Below, piece after piece: positions 36,301-46,433 of a DNA stretch of 64,000 bases. Each line of letters starts with the position of its first letter. Positions within the stretch are counted from its first letter, which is position 1. Made by a program: the position numbers and the translations under genes. Origin of the DNA: Mobula hypostoma (lineage: Eukaryota). Under the pieces are notes generated by a model. The model saw only the letters and a list, made by a program, of their open reading frames with translations, had not been told where the DNA came from and did no database searches. The stretch covers positions 15,934,001-15,998,000 of the forward strand of contig NC_086101.1 of assembly GCF_963921235.1 (NCBI RefSeq), given 5' to 3'.

Positions 36301-39300
36301 TGAATGGTGGTAAGGGAGGAAGTGTAAGGGCATGTGTAGCACTAGTTCCGCTTACAAGGATAAGTGCCAGGAGGGAGATCGGTGGGGAGGGATGGGGGGG
36401 ACCAATGGACAAGGGAGTCGCGTTGGGAGCGATCCCTGTGGAAAGCAGAGAGAGCGGGAGAGGAAAAGATGTGCTTAGTGGTGGTGGGATCCCGTTGGAG
36501 GTGGCGGAAGTTACGGAGAATAATATGCTGGACCCAGAGGCTGGTGGGGTGGTAGGTGAGGACAAGGGGAACCCTATTCCTAGTGGGGTGGCGGGAAGAT
36601 GGAGTGAGAGCAGATGTGCGTGAAATGGGGGAGATGCGTTTGAGAGCAGAGTTGATGGTGGAGGAAGGGAAGCCCCTTTCTTAAAAAAAAAGGAGGACAT
36701 CTCCCTCGTCCCACCACTAAACACATAGTTAAGAAGGAAAGAAAAGTTTATGAGAGGTTCAAGAAACTTGGTACTGTTCGAGCTCTAGAAAATTACAAGG
36801 TTGCTAGGAAGGAGCTTAAGAATGAAACTAGGAGAGCTAGAAGGAGCCACGAGAAGGCCTTAGTAAGAAGGATTAAGGAAAACCCCAAGGCAGTTTACAA
36901 GTATGTGAAGAGCAAGGGGATGAGCCATGTGGGAATAGGACCAATCAGGTACAAAAGTGAAAACATGTGCATGGTGTCGGAGGCAGAAGCAGAGGTACTT
37001 AATGAAAACTTTGCTTCAGTATTCACCAGAGGAAAGAAACTTGGCAATTGTAGGGATGACGTACAGCAGACTGAACCACTTGAGCATATAGACCCTAAGG
37101 AAAAGGATGTGCTGGAGATTTTGAAAAGTATTAAGTTAGATATGTCTCTGGGACCAGACGAAATACACTCCAGGCTACTGTGGACAGTAAGGGAGAAGAT
37201 TGCTGAGCCTCTGTTGATGATCTTTGCATCACTAATATGGATTAGTGAAGCACTAGAGGATGAGAGGGTTGCAAATGTTGTTCCCCTGTTCAAGAAAAGG
37301 AGTAAAGATAACACAGGAAATTATAGACCAGTGACTCTAACTTCAGTGGTGGGCAGGTTGTTGGAGAAGATTCTGAGAGGCAGGATTTATGAGCATTTGG
37401 AGAGGCATAACCTGATTAGGGATAGTCAGCATGGCTTTGTCAAGGGCAGGTCATGCCTTACAAGCCTGATTGAATTCTTTGTGGATGTAACAAAATACAT
37501 CGATGATCGAAGAGTAGTGGATGCACTGCATATGGATTTCAGTAAGGCAGTTGATAAGGTTTCCCATGCAAGGCTCTTTCAGAAATTAAGACAACCTGGG
37601 ATCCAGGGAGACTTTGCATTGTGGATTCAGAATTGGCTTGCCTAGAGAAGGTAAGGGGTGTAGATGGTTTGTATTCTACATGGAGGTCAATGATGCAGTG
37701 TTCTGCAGGGATCTGTTCTGGGACCCTCTCCTCTTTGAGAGTTTTATAAATGACCTGAATTAGGAAGTAGAAATGTAATTTTGTACGTTTGCTTTTGACA
37801 CAAAAGCTGAAGGTGTTGTGAATAGTCTGGAGGGTTGTCAGAAATTACAACGGGACATTGATAGGATACAGAACTGGCTGAGAAATGGCAGATGGATTTC
37901 AACTGAGATAAGTGTGAAGTGGTTCATTTTGGTAGGTCAACTTTGAAGACAGAATATGAAATTAATGGTAAGACTCTTGGCAGTATGCCGAATCACAGAG
38001 ATCGAAAGGACACTCAAAGCTGCTGCGCAGGTTAACGGTGTTGTTAAGAAGGTGTATGGTGTGATGGTCTTCAACAACCATGGATTGAGTTCAAGAGTGT
38101 GAGGTAATGTTGCAACTGCAGTATTAGACATTGGGCAGTCCCCACTTGGGATTCTGTGCTCAGTTCAGGAAGGATGTGGATAACATACAGAGTGTGCAGA
38201 GGAGATTTACAAGGATGTTGCCTGGATTGTAGAGTGTACCTTATGAGAATAGGTGAGTGAATGTGGCCTTTTCTGCCTGGAGGGATGAAGGATGAGACCT
38301 GACCTGACAGAGGGGTATAAGATGATGAGAGGCTTTGATCGTGTGGATAGTCAGAGGCGTTTTCCCAGGACTGAAGTGGCTATCATGAGAGGGCACAGTT
38401 TTAAGGTGCTTGGAAGTAGGTAATGGGGGTTGTGAGAGGTAAGTTTTTCACACAGAGAGTGGTGAATGTGTGGCACGCACTGCCAGTGATGGTAGTAAAA
38501 ACAGATAAGGGACTCTTAGATACAGGGAGCTTAGAAAATAGAGGGCTATGTGGTAGGGAAATTCTAGGCAGTTTCTAGAATAGGTTACATGGTCGGCACA
38601 ACATTGTAGACTGAAGGGCCTGTAAAGTGCTGTAGGGTCTATGTTCTATGGTCTAGGTCTCTGATCAGTTTCTGCCTCTCCAGGGAAAACAGCACACGTT
38701 CGGCCTTGACCAGCCATGACCAGATTCTGTTTGTGTGGTGTGTCTGATTCGCACTTACAAGGAGATACTTGAAGGCTGACTTACCTCTCACTGTGAGATT
38801 CGTCCCCGCCCCACATATTTCCCATTCCTTAGTCTCTAACTTGCAGAAGTACATCGCAGAATCACTCAGCCGCACGTGCTTCAGTTGCAGGGAGACATCT
38901 GTGCTGTTAGTGGAGGGATCATCCCCTTGAGGTCTCAAGAAGCGGCCTCTGTACTCTGCTGTTTCATTGGTCACTTCTGTTCCATTTCTGGCACCCTTGA
39001 CCCAGTGGTGCGACCATATCTTACTCGTGGAATTGTGTCTGCATGGAATAACCACCGTCTCCCCTTCTGTGGCAACGATGCTGGACTTGTCCTGAATGAC
39101 CACAAACTTCTCAGCACCAATGCCTGAAAGCAGGGAGCAAACTTTAAAATGGGTAAATTGGTTTATTATGGTCACATGTATTGAGGTACAGTGAAAAGCT
39201 ACGTTTTGTCTGCCATCCATACAGATCATTTTATCACATCAATTCAATCAGTTCGTGCAAAGGAGGAACAATAGCAGAATGGGTAATAAAGTGTTACAGT

Positions 39301-42300
39301 TACAGGGAAAGTGCAATGCAGGCAGAGAATAACATACAAGGTTGATTGTGTTGTATTTTAATGCACACAGCATAGGTAATAAAATGGACGATCTTGAAAT
39401 TCAGCGACAGATCAGCAAATATGATGTTATGGCCATCTCTGAAACTTGGCTAAAGGATGGCTGCCATTGGGAGCTTAACTTCCAAGAATGTATGGTATAT
39501 TGGAAAGATAGGTTAGTAGGCAGAGGGGGTGATGTGGCTCTGTGTATAAGAAATAATATTAAGTCATTAGAAAGAGATGACACAGAATTGCAAGGTGTAC
39601 AGTCTCTATGGGTTGAGTTAAGAAACGGCAAGGGTAAAAGGACCATAATGTCAGTTGTATACAGGCCTCCAAAAACAGCACCCGGGATGTGGATTACAAA
39701 TTACAGCAGAAGATACAAAAGATGTGTCAAAAGGGCAATGTTATGATAATCTTTCTTTCTTTAGTAATCTTTTTATAGATTTAAAAGGAGCAAAAATACA
39801 ATCAAGTGGCGAATTATCTCAAATATATATATCAGTAGCAGTCCAACTGAGATTAAGGTAGACATTTTCAAATTTATCGATATTGTTAAACAAGTATAAA
39901 ATATATAATAAAAAAATGAAAATAGCAATTCTCCTCTTATCAGTTTATGAAGAGAAAAGAAAAAAAAATTGAGTTTTAAATGAAGAGAAAAAAAATCCCA
40001 CTACACTATGTTAAAAAAAACAAAAAAAAGCGACTGGGCAGTCCATTTTGAGGATACGACCAAAAAAAAAAAGAAAGAAAGACTTTCTGATCAAATCTAA
40101 AATTTTGAAAAAATATTGAAAGAGTAATCAATCAAATTAAATGAAAACATTGGATAAAAGGTCCCCAGATTTGCTCAAGTTTAAAGGATGTATCAAATGT
40201 CCGATTTCTTATTTTCTCTAAACTTAAACAGGACATAATGGAGGAGAGCCAATAAAAGACTGTCGGTGGATTAGAATCCTGCCACTTCAATAAAATGATT
40301 CTCCAAGTCAGTAAGGTTTGAAAAGGCTATCATACGTTGAGCGTAAACAGGAATACTTCCTGCTTCCAGTGGGATAATCCCCAAAACTTGCCGTTAGCAA
40401 ATGAGGTTGTAAATCCAGATCCAAAACTTTTGATAGCATTTTAAAAACATCTCTCCAAAAGTTATCTAGCTTGATACAAGACCAATACATATGAGTTACA
40501 GTGGGCAGCTCAGTATTACATCTGTCACAAATAGGATTGATATTGGAGAAAATATGCACATTTATCCTTTGACATATGGGCCTGATGCACCACTTTGAGC
40601 TCTATCAAGGAATGTCGGGCACCAATAGATGAGTTATTAACCAAATGAAAAGTTTTACTCCGTTGATTATCTGAAAATGACTCTTGAAATTCCGATTCCC
40701 AAGCGCATTTAATTTTATCAATAGATGTCATTCGTGAGTTCAATAACGGTTTATAGATTATATCAACCCTTTTTGAAATGGTTTAAACTGAAAGAGAGCA
40801 TTTGTCATATGAAGTGGATAAGCAACAAATATGGCAACAAACCATGTAAAAAGTTCCTAATTTGTAAATATCTAAAAAAGTGTACATCAGATAAATCATA
40901 TTTATCCACGAACTGAGAAAAAGACCTTAAACAGTCCTCTAAAAACAAATCTGAAAAAGTTATTATTCCCTTGGTTTCCAAATTTAAAAAAGCCTTATCC
41001 AAAATTGATAGTTTAAAAATATTGAGATGGATATTACCAGAAAGGATAAAATTATTTAACTCAAAAATCTACGAAACTGAAAGCAAATTCTTAACGTATG
41101 TTTATTAATGGGATTAAAATCTTGTCTACTAATCTTAGAAAACAAAAAGGGAAGAGGAGCTCCCAGTAAAGAGGTCAAAGAGAATCCTTTCACAGAGTTT
41201 TCCTCCAAATCCAACCATGAAGGACATTAATGTGTACCTGAATAGTGAATCCAAAAAGTAATATACCGAATATTAATTGCCCTAAAGTTAATTCTAAAAT
41301 TTGGCAAAACTATACCACCATCCTTTTTTAATTTCTGCAAACAGGGTTTACTCAATCTAGGATTTTTATTTTATAGGGTTCCGTTAGTCTCATGAGACAA
41401 TCGATTTGCGCCTTGGAAAGTTTCCAGGGTGCAGGCCTGGGCAAGGTTGTATGGAAGACCTGCAGTTGCTCATGCTGCAAGCATTCCCTCTCCACGGAAC
41501 CGATGTTGTCCAAGGGAAGGGCATTGGGACCCATACAGCTTGGCACCTGTGTCGTCGCAGAGCAAAATGTGTTTAAGTGCCTTGCTCAAGGATACAACAT
41601 GTTGCCTCAGCCAGTGCTCGACCTAGCGACCTTCAGATAACTAGACGAACGCCTTAACCACTTGGCCATCCTAAAAACTAGGATTTTTATTGTTCCCAAT
41701 ATAAGATAAGGTTATAGAATCTATTCTATCAAAAAACTTTTTAGGAACAAAGGAAGGAACTGCTTGAAATATATATATAAGAGTTTCGGTAAAACTATCA
41801 TTTTATTATCATTAATTCGAACTATTAATCATAATGTCATAGGAGACCATTTAGAAAGATTTGTTTGGTGTAGTCAATTAATGGAAAAATATATTTATAG
41901 AGATCCTCAAAATTTTAGTAATTTTAATACAAAGATAGATAAATTAATTTTTAGCAATACTAAATGGTACTTGATGATTTGGATACGAGTAATTATAAAT
42001 AGGAAGTAACTCACCTTTATGTAAATCTAATTTATACTCAGTAAAACAACTGAATTCAGAAAATATAGATAACATAGAAGGAACAGATTTCCTAGGATCT
42101 GAAATATAAACTAACAGGACATCTGCATATAAAGAAACCTTGTGTATTTTGTCCACTCTTTTAATACCCTGAACAGTGTTAGAATCTCTAAGAGCAATAG
42201 CAAGGGGTTCTAAAGCCAAGTTAAATAATAAAGGGCTAAGACAACATCTCCGCTGTGTATCTCTGTATAATCTAAAATAGGGAGAACTTTTTTATTATTA

Positions 42301-45300
42301 GTTATAACCGCAGCTATAGGAGCATAATAGATCAAATTAATCCAGGAAATAAATCCCGGGCCAAGATGACATCTTTCCAAAGCCTCAAATAAGTAAGACC
42401 ACTCCACCCTATCAAGGGCTGTCTCCGCATCAAGAGAAGCAACACATTCAAATTCTTTCGATGGAGAAGAATGAATAATATTTAATAATCTTCGACTGTT
42501 AAAACGGCAGCCGAGGATATTAAACCCGATTCAGATAGTGATGTCGTTTCCGGTTCTGATCCTGCCATCAGCCGGAGTTGGCATTGGGGGTAGAAACTTT
42601 GAAAGAATGAGGTGGTAAAACGTGAGCAGAAATATTTTAACAAAGGGTGTGATTGGGCTATGGACTGGATAATTCAGCAATTGCTATTTTAAAAACATTA
42701 GACAATACCGTACAGTAACGGGCCCTTCGGTAAACAATGTTGTGACAAACTAATTGGTGACCAGATGTCCAATTAGACTAACCCTTCCCAACATAATGTC
42801 CGTATCCCTGATTTCCTGCACATCCATGTGCCTGTTTAAGAGTCTGTTCAATGCCCTATTGTATCTGCCTCTACCTCGACCACCACCAGTGCATTCCAGG
42901 TACCCGCCATTCTCCGTGTAAAACAATTGCCCACACATCTTTGAATAGACCCCCTCTCACTATAAATGCATTCACTCTGGTATTAGACACTTTTCCCTGT
43001 GAAAATGATATCAACTGTCTGCTCTGTCCGTGTCTCTTATAAATTATAAACCTCTACCAGGTCTCTGCTCAGCTTCTGCTGCTCCAGAGAAAACAACCCT
43101 CATTCGTCCAACCTTCCCTTATAGCACCTGCCCTCTAATCCAGACGGACTGCAGGTAAACCTCTTCTGCACCTTTTCCAAAACCTCACCCTGTTTTTATA
43201 ACGGGGTGAACAGAACTGAATGCAATACCAGATGCAAACTAAATAATTATGTAAAGCTGCAATGCAACTTCCCAACTCTTGAACTGATTTCTTTGAGTAA
43301 TTATGGAAAATAAGCCGTAAGTCTTCTTTTCCATCCTATTAACGTATCTGGCCCCCTTCAAGGGAGCTTTGGACTTGGACTCCAAGAGATCCTTCTGCTC
43401 ATTTGTATTGTTAAGGGACTTGCCACTAACAGCGTACTCGGTGTATACATTTGAATAATATTACTGTTCAAGAGCAAACAGGGAGGTATTTGACTGGGAA
43501 GTGTTTGCCAGGCTCTGGAGAGAAGCTGAAGCATGTAATTGTTGGTGCATGGACTCAGTACAGACAGAATGGGCCGAGTGTCCCCTTTTGAAAGGTCAAC
43601 TCTCAATCTCCCTCCCTATATTCTGCCTGAAATACGAGTTCCTCCAGCATTGTGTTTCGTTCATTCCAGGTTTCAGCATCTGCAGCCTCTTTGGAATTGG
43701 TATTAGTTTATTATTGTCCCATAATCTGAGGTACAGTGAAAAACTTGTCTTGCATACTGTTCATTCAGATCAGATCATTACATGGCGCACGGTGAGGTAG
43801 TACTGTACTCGGTAAATCAATAGCAGAGTAATGTGTAACAGTGACAGAGAAAGTGCAGTGTAGGGAGACAATGTCATAACGAGGTAAATTATGAGGTCCA
43901 GAGCCCATCTGATCATACCTGGGAACCAGGTAATAGTCTGATAACAGTGGGATAGAAGCTGTCCTTGCGCCTGGTAGTTTGTGGTTTCAGGCTTTTGTAT
44001 CTTCTGCCCGGGGGAGAGGGGAGAGGAGAGAATGTCCTGGGTGGGTGGGGTCCTTCATTATGTTGGAAGCTTTACTGAGGCAGCAAGAAATCAGAAGACA
44101 GAGTCCTTGGAGGGAAGGTTTGATTTGTTAGTACTCACCCCCTCTCCCACATTTTCTGTTCTGGAACGATTTTATCATTATCCAGTTGGTGAAATTCTAA
44201 TAATGAAAATTTAAAACCTGCAGATGCGGGAAATCTGTGGTAAAAAAAAACTAGATATGCTGGAAACGCTCAGCAGGTCAGGTAGCATCTGTGGGAAGTG
44301 AAACAGAGTTAATGCTTGAAGGGGAAGATCTTTCCTCAGCACTGGGCAAAAATTGTTTACAAGATATTTCTTTCTTCTTGTTTACCCTCCTTCTCTTCCC
44401 TGAGGATTGGTCACAGATCTGAACATTTTGCTGCTTCTCTCCCCACAGTAGCTGACTGACCTGCTAAGTGACTCCAGCATTTTCCAGCCTTGACCAAATT
44501 CTGTTCGGGTGGTGGGTCTGATTTGCTTAGACAAGGAGATACTTGATGATTAGCTTACCTCTCACTGCGAGATTCGTCCCTGCCCCACACATTTTCCATT
44601 TTATTGCCTCCAACTTGCAGAAGTACATCCCAGAATCACTCGGCCGCACGTCCTTCAGTTGCATAGAAACATCTATGCTGTTAGTGGAGGGATCACCCCC
44701 TTGAGGTTTGAAGAAGCGGCCTCTGTACTCTGCTGTTTGATTGGTCACTTCTATTCCATTTTGGGCACCTTTGAACCAACGGTATGACCATACCTTATTC
44801 GTGACATTGTGTCTGCATGGAATAACCACCGTCTCCCCTTCTGTGGCAACAATGCTGGACTTGTCCTGAATGACCACAAACTTCTCAGCACCAATGCCTG
44901 AAAGCAGGGAGCAAACTTTAAAAATTGGTAAATTGGTTTACTGTGGTCACATTTTGTTCTTCATACATATCATTTTATCACATCGATCCAATGAGTTAGT
45001 GTAAAGGAGGAACAATAACAGAATGGGGAATGAAGTGTTACAGTTACCGAGAAAGTGCGGATCGGAGCCTGGAAAAGAGGAACCTAGGAGTACGAGTGCA
45101 CAGCTCATTGAAAGCGGCAGACAGGTAGTGAAGACAATGTTCAGTACGCTGAGCTTCAGTCAGAGCTTTGCGGACAGGAGTCCAGAAGTTATGTTACTGT
45201 TGTACAAGTCGTTGGTGAGGCTGCATTTGGAATATTTTGTACAGAATTGGCCACCCTGTTGCAGATGTTATTAATTAGAAAGCGCGCAGATATGGTTTAC

Positions 45301-46433
45301 CTGGATGTCGTCAGAATTTGGGGGCCCGAGTTACAAGGAGAGGTTGCATAGACTAGTACTTTATTCTCTGGAATGTAGGAGATTGAGGGGGTCACCTGAT
45401 AGGGATATGAAACACAATAAAGGGCATAGATATTCTGAAAGCAGCATTTTACACCGGTGGGGGGGGGGGGAGGGTGTTGTTAACAACAAGAGAGCATGGG
45501 TTTAAGAATAGATGAGAGAGTTTTGAAAGGGATATTAGACAATTTCTTCACACAAAATTGGTGGTGTTACGTGGCTGAAATGAGCTGACAGAAATGGCGG
45601 TGGCGGCGAGTAAACTACAAATATCTTAAAGCCTTGTAGATGAGTACATGGGTCGGAGGGATTTTAGGGAGCTGTGGGCCAAACGCGGGCAGATGGGACG
45701 AGTTCGCTGGTTAACACGATCGACAAGGACGAGTTGGGCCGAAGGGCCTGTTTCGGGGCTAGGAGTCCACAATCACGGAGGCTAAAATTGTACAGAATAT
45801 CCCAAGTGCGGCCTCACGGTCACTGGTACATCTGTAACAAAACCTCCCAATTCCCACACTCAAGAGATTCTGCACATGCGGGAAATCCAGAGTAACAGGA
45901 CGAACTCGGGAGGTCAGGCAGCAGTTGTGGAGGGGAATAACCAGTTGACGTTCCGGGCTGAGACCCTTCATCATGATTGGAAAAGAAAGAGGGAGAAACG
46001 AGAAGTCTGCGTCCTCAGTGTTCGACCTGGAATTCAGCCCCCCCCCCCCCCCCCCCCCCGTCGGCTAGTCAGGGGGTCGATGCCGGAAGCCTGGAGACTA
46101 GAAGCCCGAACGTTGTTCTCGGAATTGGTGGACTGTCCGTGTGTGCGCGTGGGAGGGAGGAAAGGGGCTTGTTTTGTTGCGTTTTGTTGTGCTTTATGTT
46201 GTTCTGCCGACATTGTGGACATTAATGTTGGCGCCGGAATGTGTGGCGACCCTCGCGGGCTGCCCACAGTGCCTCCGTAGGTGTGTTGGTTGTGAACGCA
46301 AATGAAGCAGACGAACCTTCCCGCTTTTCCCGCGCTGCCCATTGCCTTCTCCCCCAAGCTGTAGCTGTAAAGGAACAGAAAGCTACTTACCGGAGGAGAC
46401 GGTCAGGAGCCACAGAATGGCGCCCACCTCCAT
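21294..46433 (-). CDS. NCR3: NKp30/NCR3-family receptor gene model: leader, V1, V2, V3, TM and four cytoplasmic exons (444 codons; 3' end unresolved)
   Basis: Nine exons with GT-AG sites and matching phases (43+339+339+330+114+19+38+44+66 = 1332 nt, no stop). V domains share NKp30 hallmarks: V.Q...I...EG....C, E..N.T.EY.GR, D...Y.C and a germline G-x-G J-like strand. The symbol marks family membership, not proven orthology. Confidence 0.8.
21459..21502 (-). CDS. Cytoplasmic exon 3: [15 protein letters not shown] (44 nt, phase 1-0)
   Basis: ttttccttctttag acceptor and AAT|gtgagt donor. Confidence 0.8.
21550..23050 (-). mobile_element. Decayed CR1 RT and 3' UTR
   Basis: [23 protein letters not shown] and [10 protein letters not shown] (22638-22898). 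Confidence 0.85.
23230..23990 (-). mobile_element. Penelope-like 3' fragment
   Basis: Same GIY-YIG and pLTR sequence as 6590-7430, more decayed. Confidence 0.8.
24700..25050 (-). mobile_element. Rex-Babar-like 3' fragment
   Basis: Reverse complement of the element type at 33940-34500 (atcattaaggatccccaccatccag). Confidence 0.55.
25460..26480 (-). mobile_element. CR1 3' fragments
   Basis: [14 protein letters not shown] and the 3' UTR shared with 14640-14900. Confidence 0.75.
26680..26717 (-). CDS. Cytoplasmic exon 2: [13 protein letters not shown] (38 nt, phase 2-1)
   Basis: ctttttctcttcag acceptor and CGG|gtaagt donor. Stop-free in phase 2, which the 19-nt exon upstream supplies. Confidence 0.8.
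26815..26833 (-). CDS. Cytoplasmic micro-exon 1: NSLRVQ (19 nt, phase 1-2)
   Basis: tctttcttctctccttcccttcacag acceptor and AAG|gtgagt donor; 97-nt intron to the next exon. Confidence 0.8.
26880..27480 (-). mobile_element. Penelope-like 3' fragment
   Basis: [35 protein letters not shown] plus pLTR. Confidence 0.85.
27830..28070 (-). mobile_element. Probable SINE
   Basis: Similar ~240-bp units at 46870-47080 and 50400-50560. Confidence 0.45.
28260..28740 (+). mobile_element. Highly decayed Rex-Babar/L2-like RT fragment
   Basis: actgatgttcaatactgggacccaccaa aligns with the LxTGxPQG region of 32380-32420. Confidence 0.4.
28885..29430 (+). mobile_element. CR1 3' fragment
   Basis: Decayed YKALV...CVQFW...LE.IQRR motifs and 3' UTR. 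Confidence 0.7.
29461..29574 (-). CDS. Transmembrane exon: [38 protein letters not shown] (114 nt, phase 1-1)
   Basis: gttttctctcccacag acceptor and GAAA|gtaaag donor; about 26 hydrophobic residues followed by the basic stop-transfer RKLRR. Absent from the ORF track in this frame. Confidence 0.88.
30060..30360. repeat. 45-bp tandem repeat, about 6-7 diverging copies
   Basis: gagggggataggacagtgtgtgacccactgcccctccgggtccca units in the V3-TM intron. Confidence 0.85.
30622..30951 (-). CDS. NCR3: Ig VJ-type exon V3 (membrane-proximal; most NKp30-like)
   Basis: 330 nt, phase 1-1, ttctcctttcccatttcag acceptor and CAC|gtgagt donor. [60 protein letters not shown]...[29 protein letters not shown]. 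Confidence 0.9.
31203..31480 (+). mobile_element. tRNA-derived SINE
   Basis: Head ggcgcgtggccaagtggttag (A box) ... ggttcgagt (B box); no complete cloverleaf; related copies elsewhere in the window. Confidence 0.8.
31700..32170 (+). mobile_element. CR1 3' fragment
   Basis: [29 protein letters not shown]. Confidence 0.8.
32230..32990 (+). mobile_element. Rex-Babar/L2-like RT fragment
   Basis: [22 protein letters not shown]...[17 protein letters not shown]. Confidence 0.8.
33170..33620 (-). mobile_element. Decayed Penelope pLTR fragment
   Basis: ggaggaactcagtgggtcgggcagca terminal motif. Confidence 0.6.
33940..34690 (+). mobile_element. Rex-Babar-like 3' end with UTR
   Basis: [10 protein letters not shown]...[21 protein letters not shown]...ENFYRCT. 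Confidence 0.8.
34686..35185 (+). repeat. Local duplicate block B (paralogous to 42515-43060)
   Basis: Colinear match gatattaaacccgattc...ttggcattgggggtagaaacttt...ataaacctcta; lies in the intron 3' of V2. Confidence 0.85.
35567..36715 (-). mobile_element. Penelope-like element (RT C-terminus, GIY-YIG, pLTR)
   Basis: Reverse-complement match to 7560-8640. Confidence 0.9.
36720..38650 (+). mobile_element. CR1 ORF2 RT and 3' UTR
   Basis: ORF 36905-37645 [12 protein letters not shown]...[19 protein letters not shown]; (ttctatg)n-like tail at about 38635-38650. Confidence 0.92.
38785..39123 (-). CDS. NCR3: Ig VJ-type exon V2
   Basis: 339 nt, phase 1-1, ctccctgctttcag acceptor and GAG|gtaagt donor. 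[63 protein letters not shown]...[26 protein letters not shown]. Confidence 0.92.
39335..39735 (+). mobile_element. CR1 endonuclease fragment
   Basis: [16 protein letters not shown]...ISETWL...VVYRPP. Confidence 0.85.
39735..42500 (-). mobile_element. L1/Tx1-like LINE, 5'-truncated ORF2 and 3' end
   Basis: [11 protein letters not shown]...[15 protein letters not shown] (RT) and PICDRC...THMYWSC (C-terminal CCHC); AT-rich. Confidence 0.85.
41375..41670 (-). mobile_element. tRNA-derived SINE inserted in the L1-like element
   Basis: Matches 1700-1880 and 6035-6190; tRNA-like head at about 41640-41670. Confidence 0.75.
42515..43060 (+). repeat. Local duplicate block A (paralogous to 34686-35185)
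   Basis: Colinear match to block B; lies in the intron 3' of V1. Confidence 0.85.
44559..44897 (-). CDS. NCR3: Ig VJ-type exon V1 (membrane-distal)
   Basis: 339 nt, phase 1-1, ctccctgctttcag acceptor and GAG|gtaagc donor. [63 protein letters not shown]...[26 protein letters not shown]. Confidence 0.92.
45130..45760 (+). mobile_element. CR1 3' fragment
   Basis: [19 protein letters not shown]; [21 protein letters not shown]. Confidence 0.8.
46038..46059. repeat. C22 homopolymer (G22 on the sense strand of intron 1)
   Basis: Direct count. Confidence 0.9.
46391..46433 (-). CDS. Leader (signal peptide) exon [15 protein letters not shown]
   Basis: gcaacgATGG start, hydrophobic core, phase-1 donor CCG|gtaagt. 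Splicing to GIGA of V1 gives a plausible cleavage after G-I-G-A. Confidence 0.88.

Noticed and set aside
30622-44897. Rearranging Ig/TCR V gene segments
   Set aside because: Each exon already contains the J-like G strand and ends at a splice donor. No heptamer-spacer-nonamer flanks and no C1 exon were seen.
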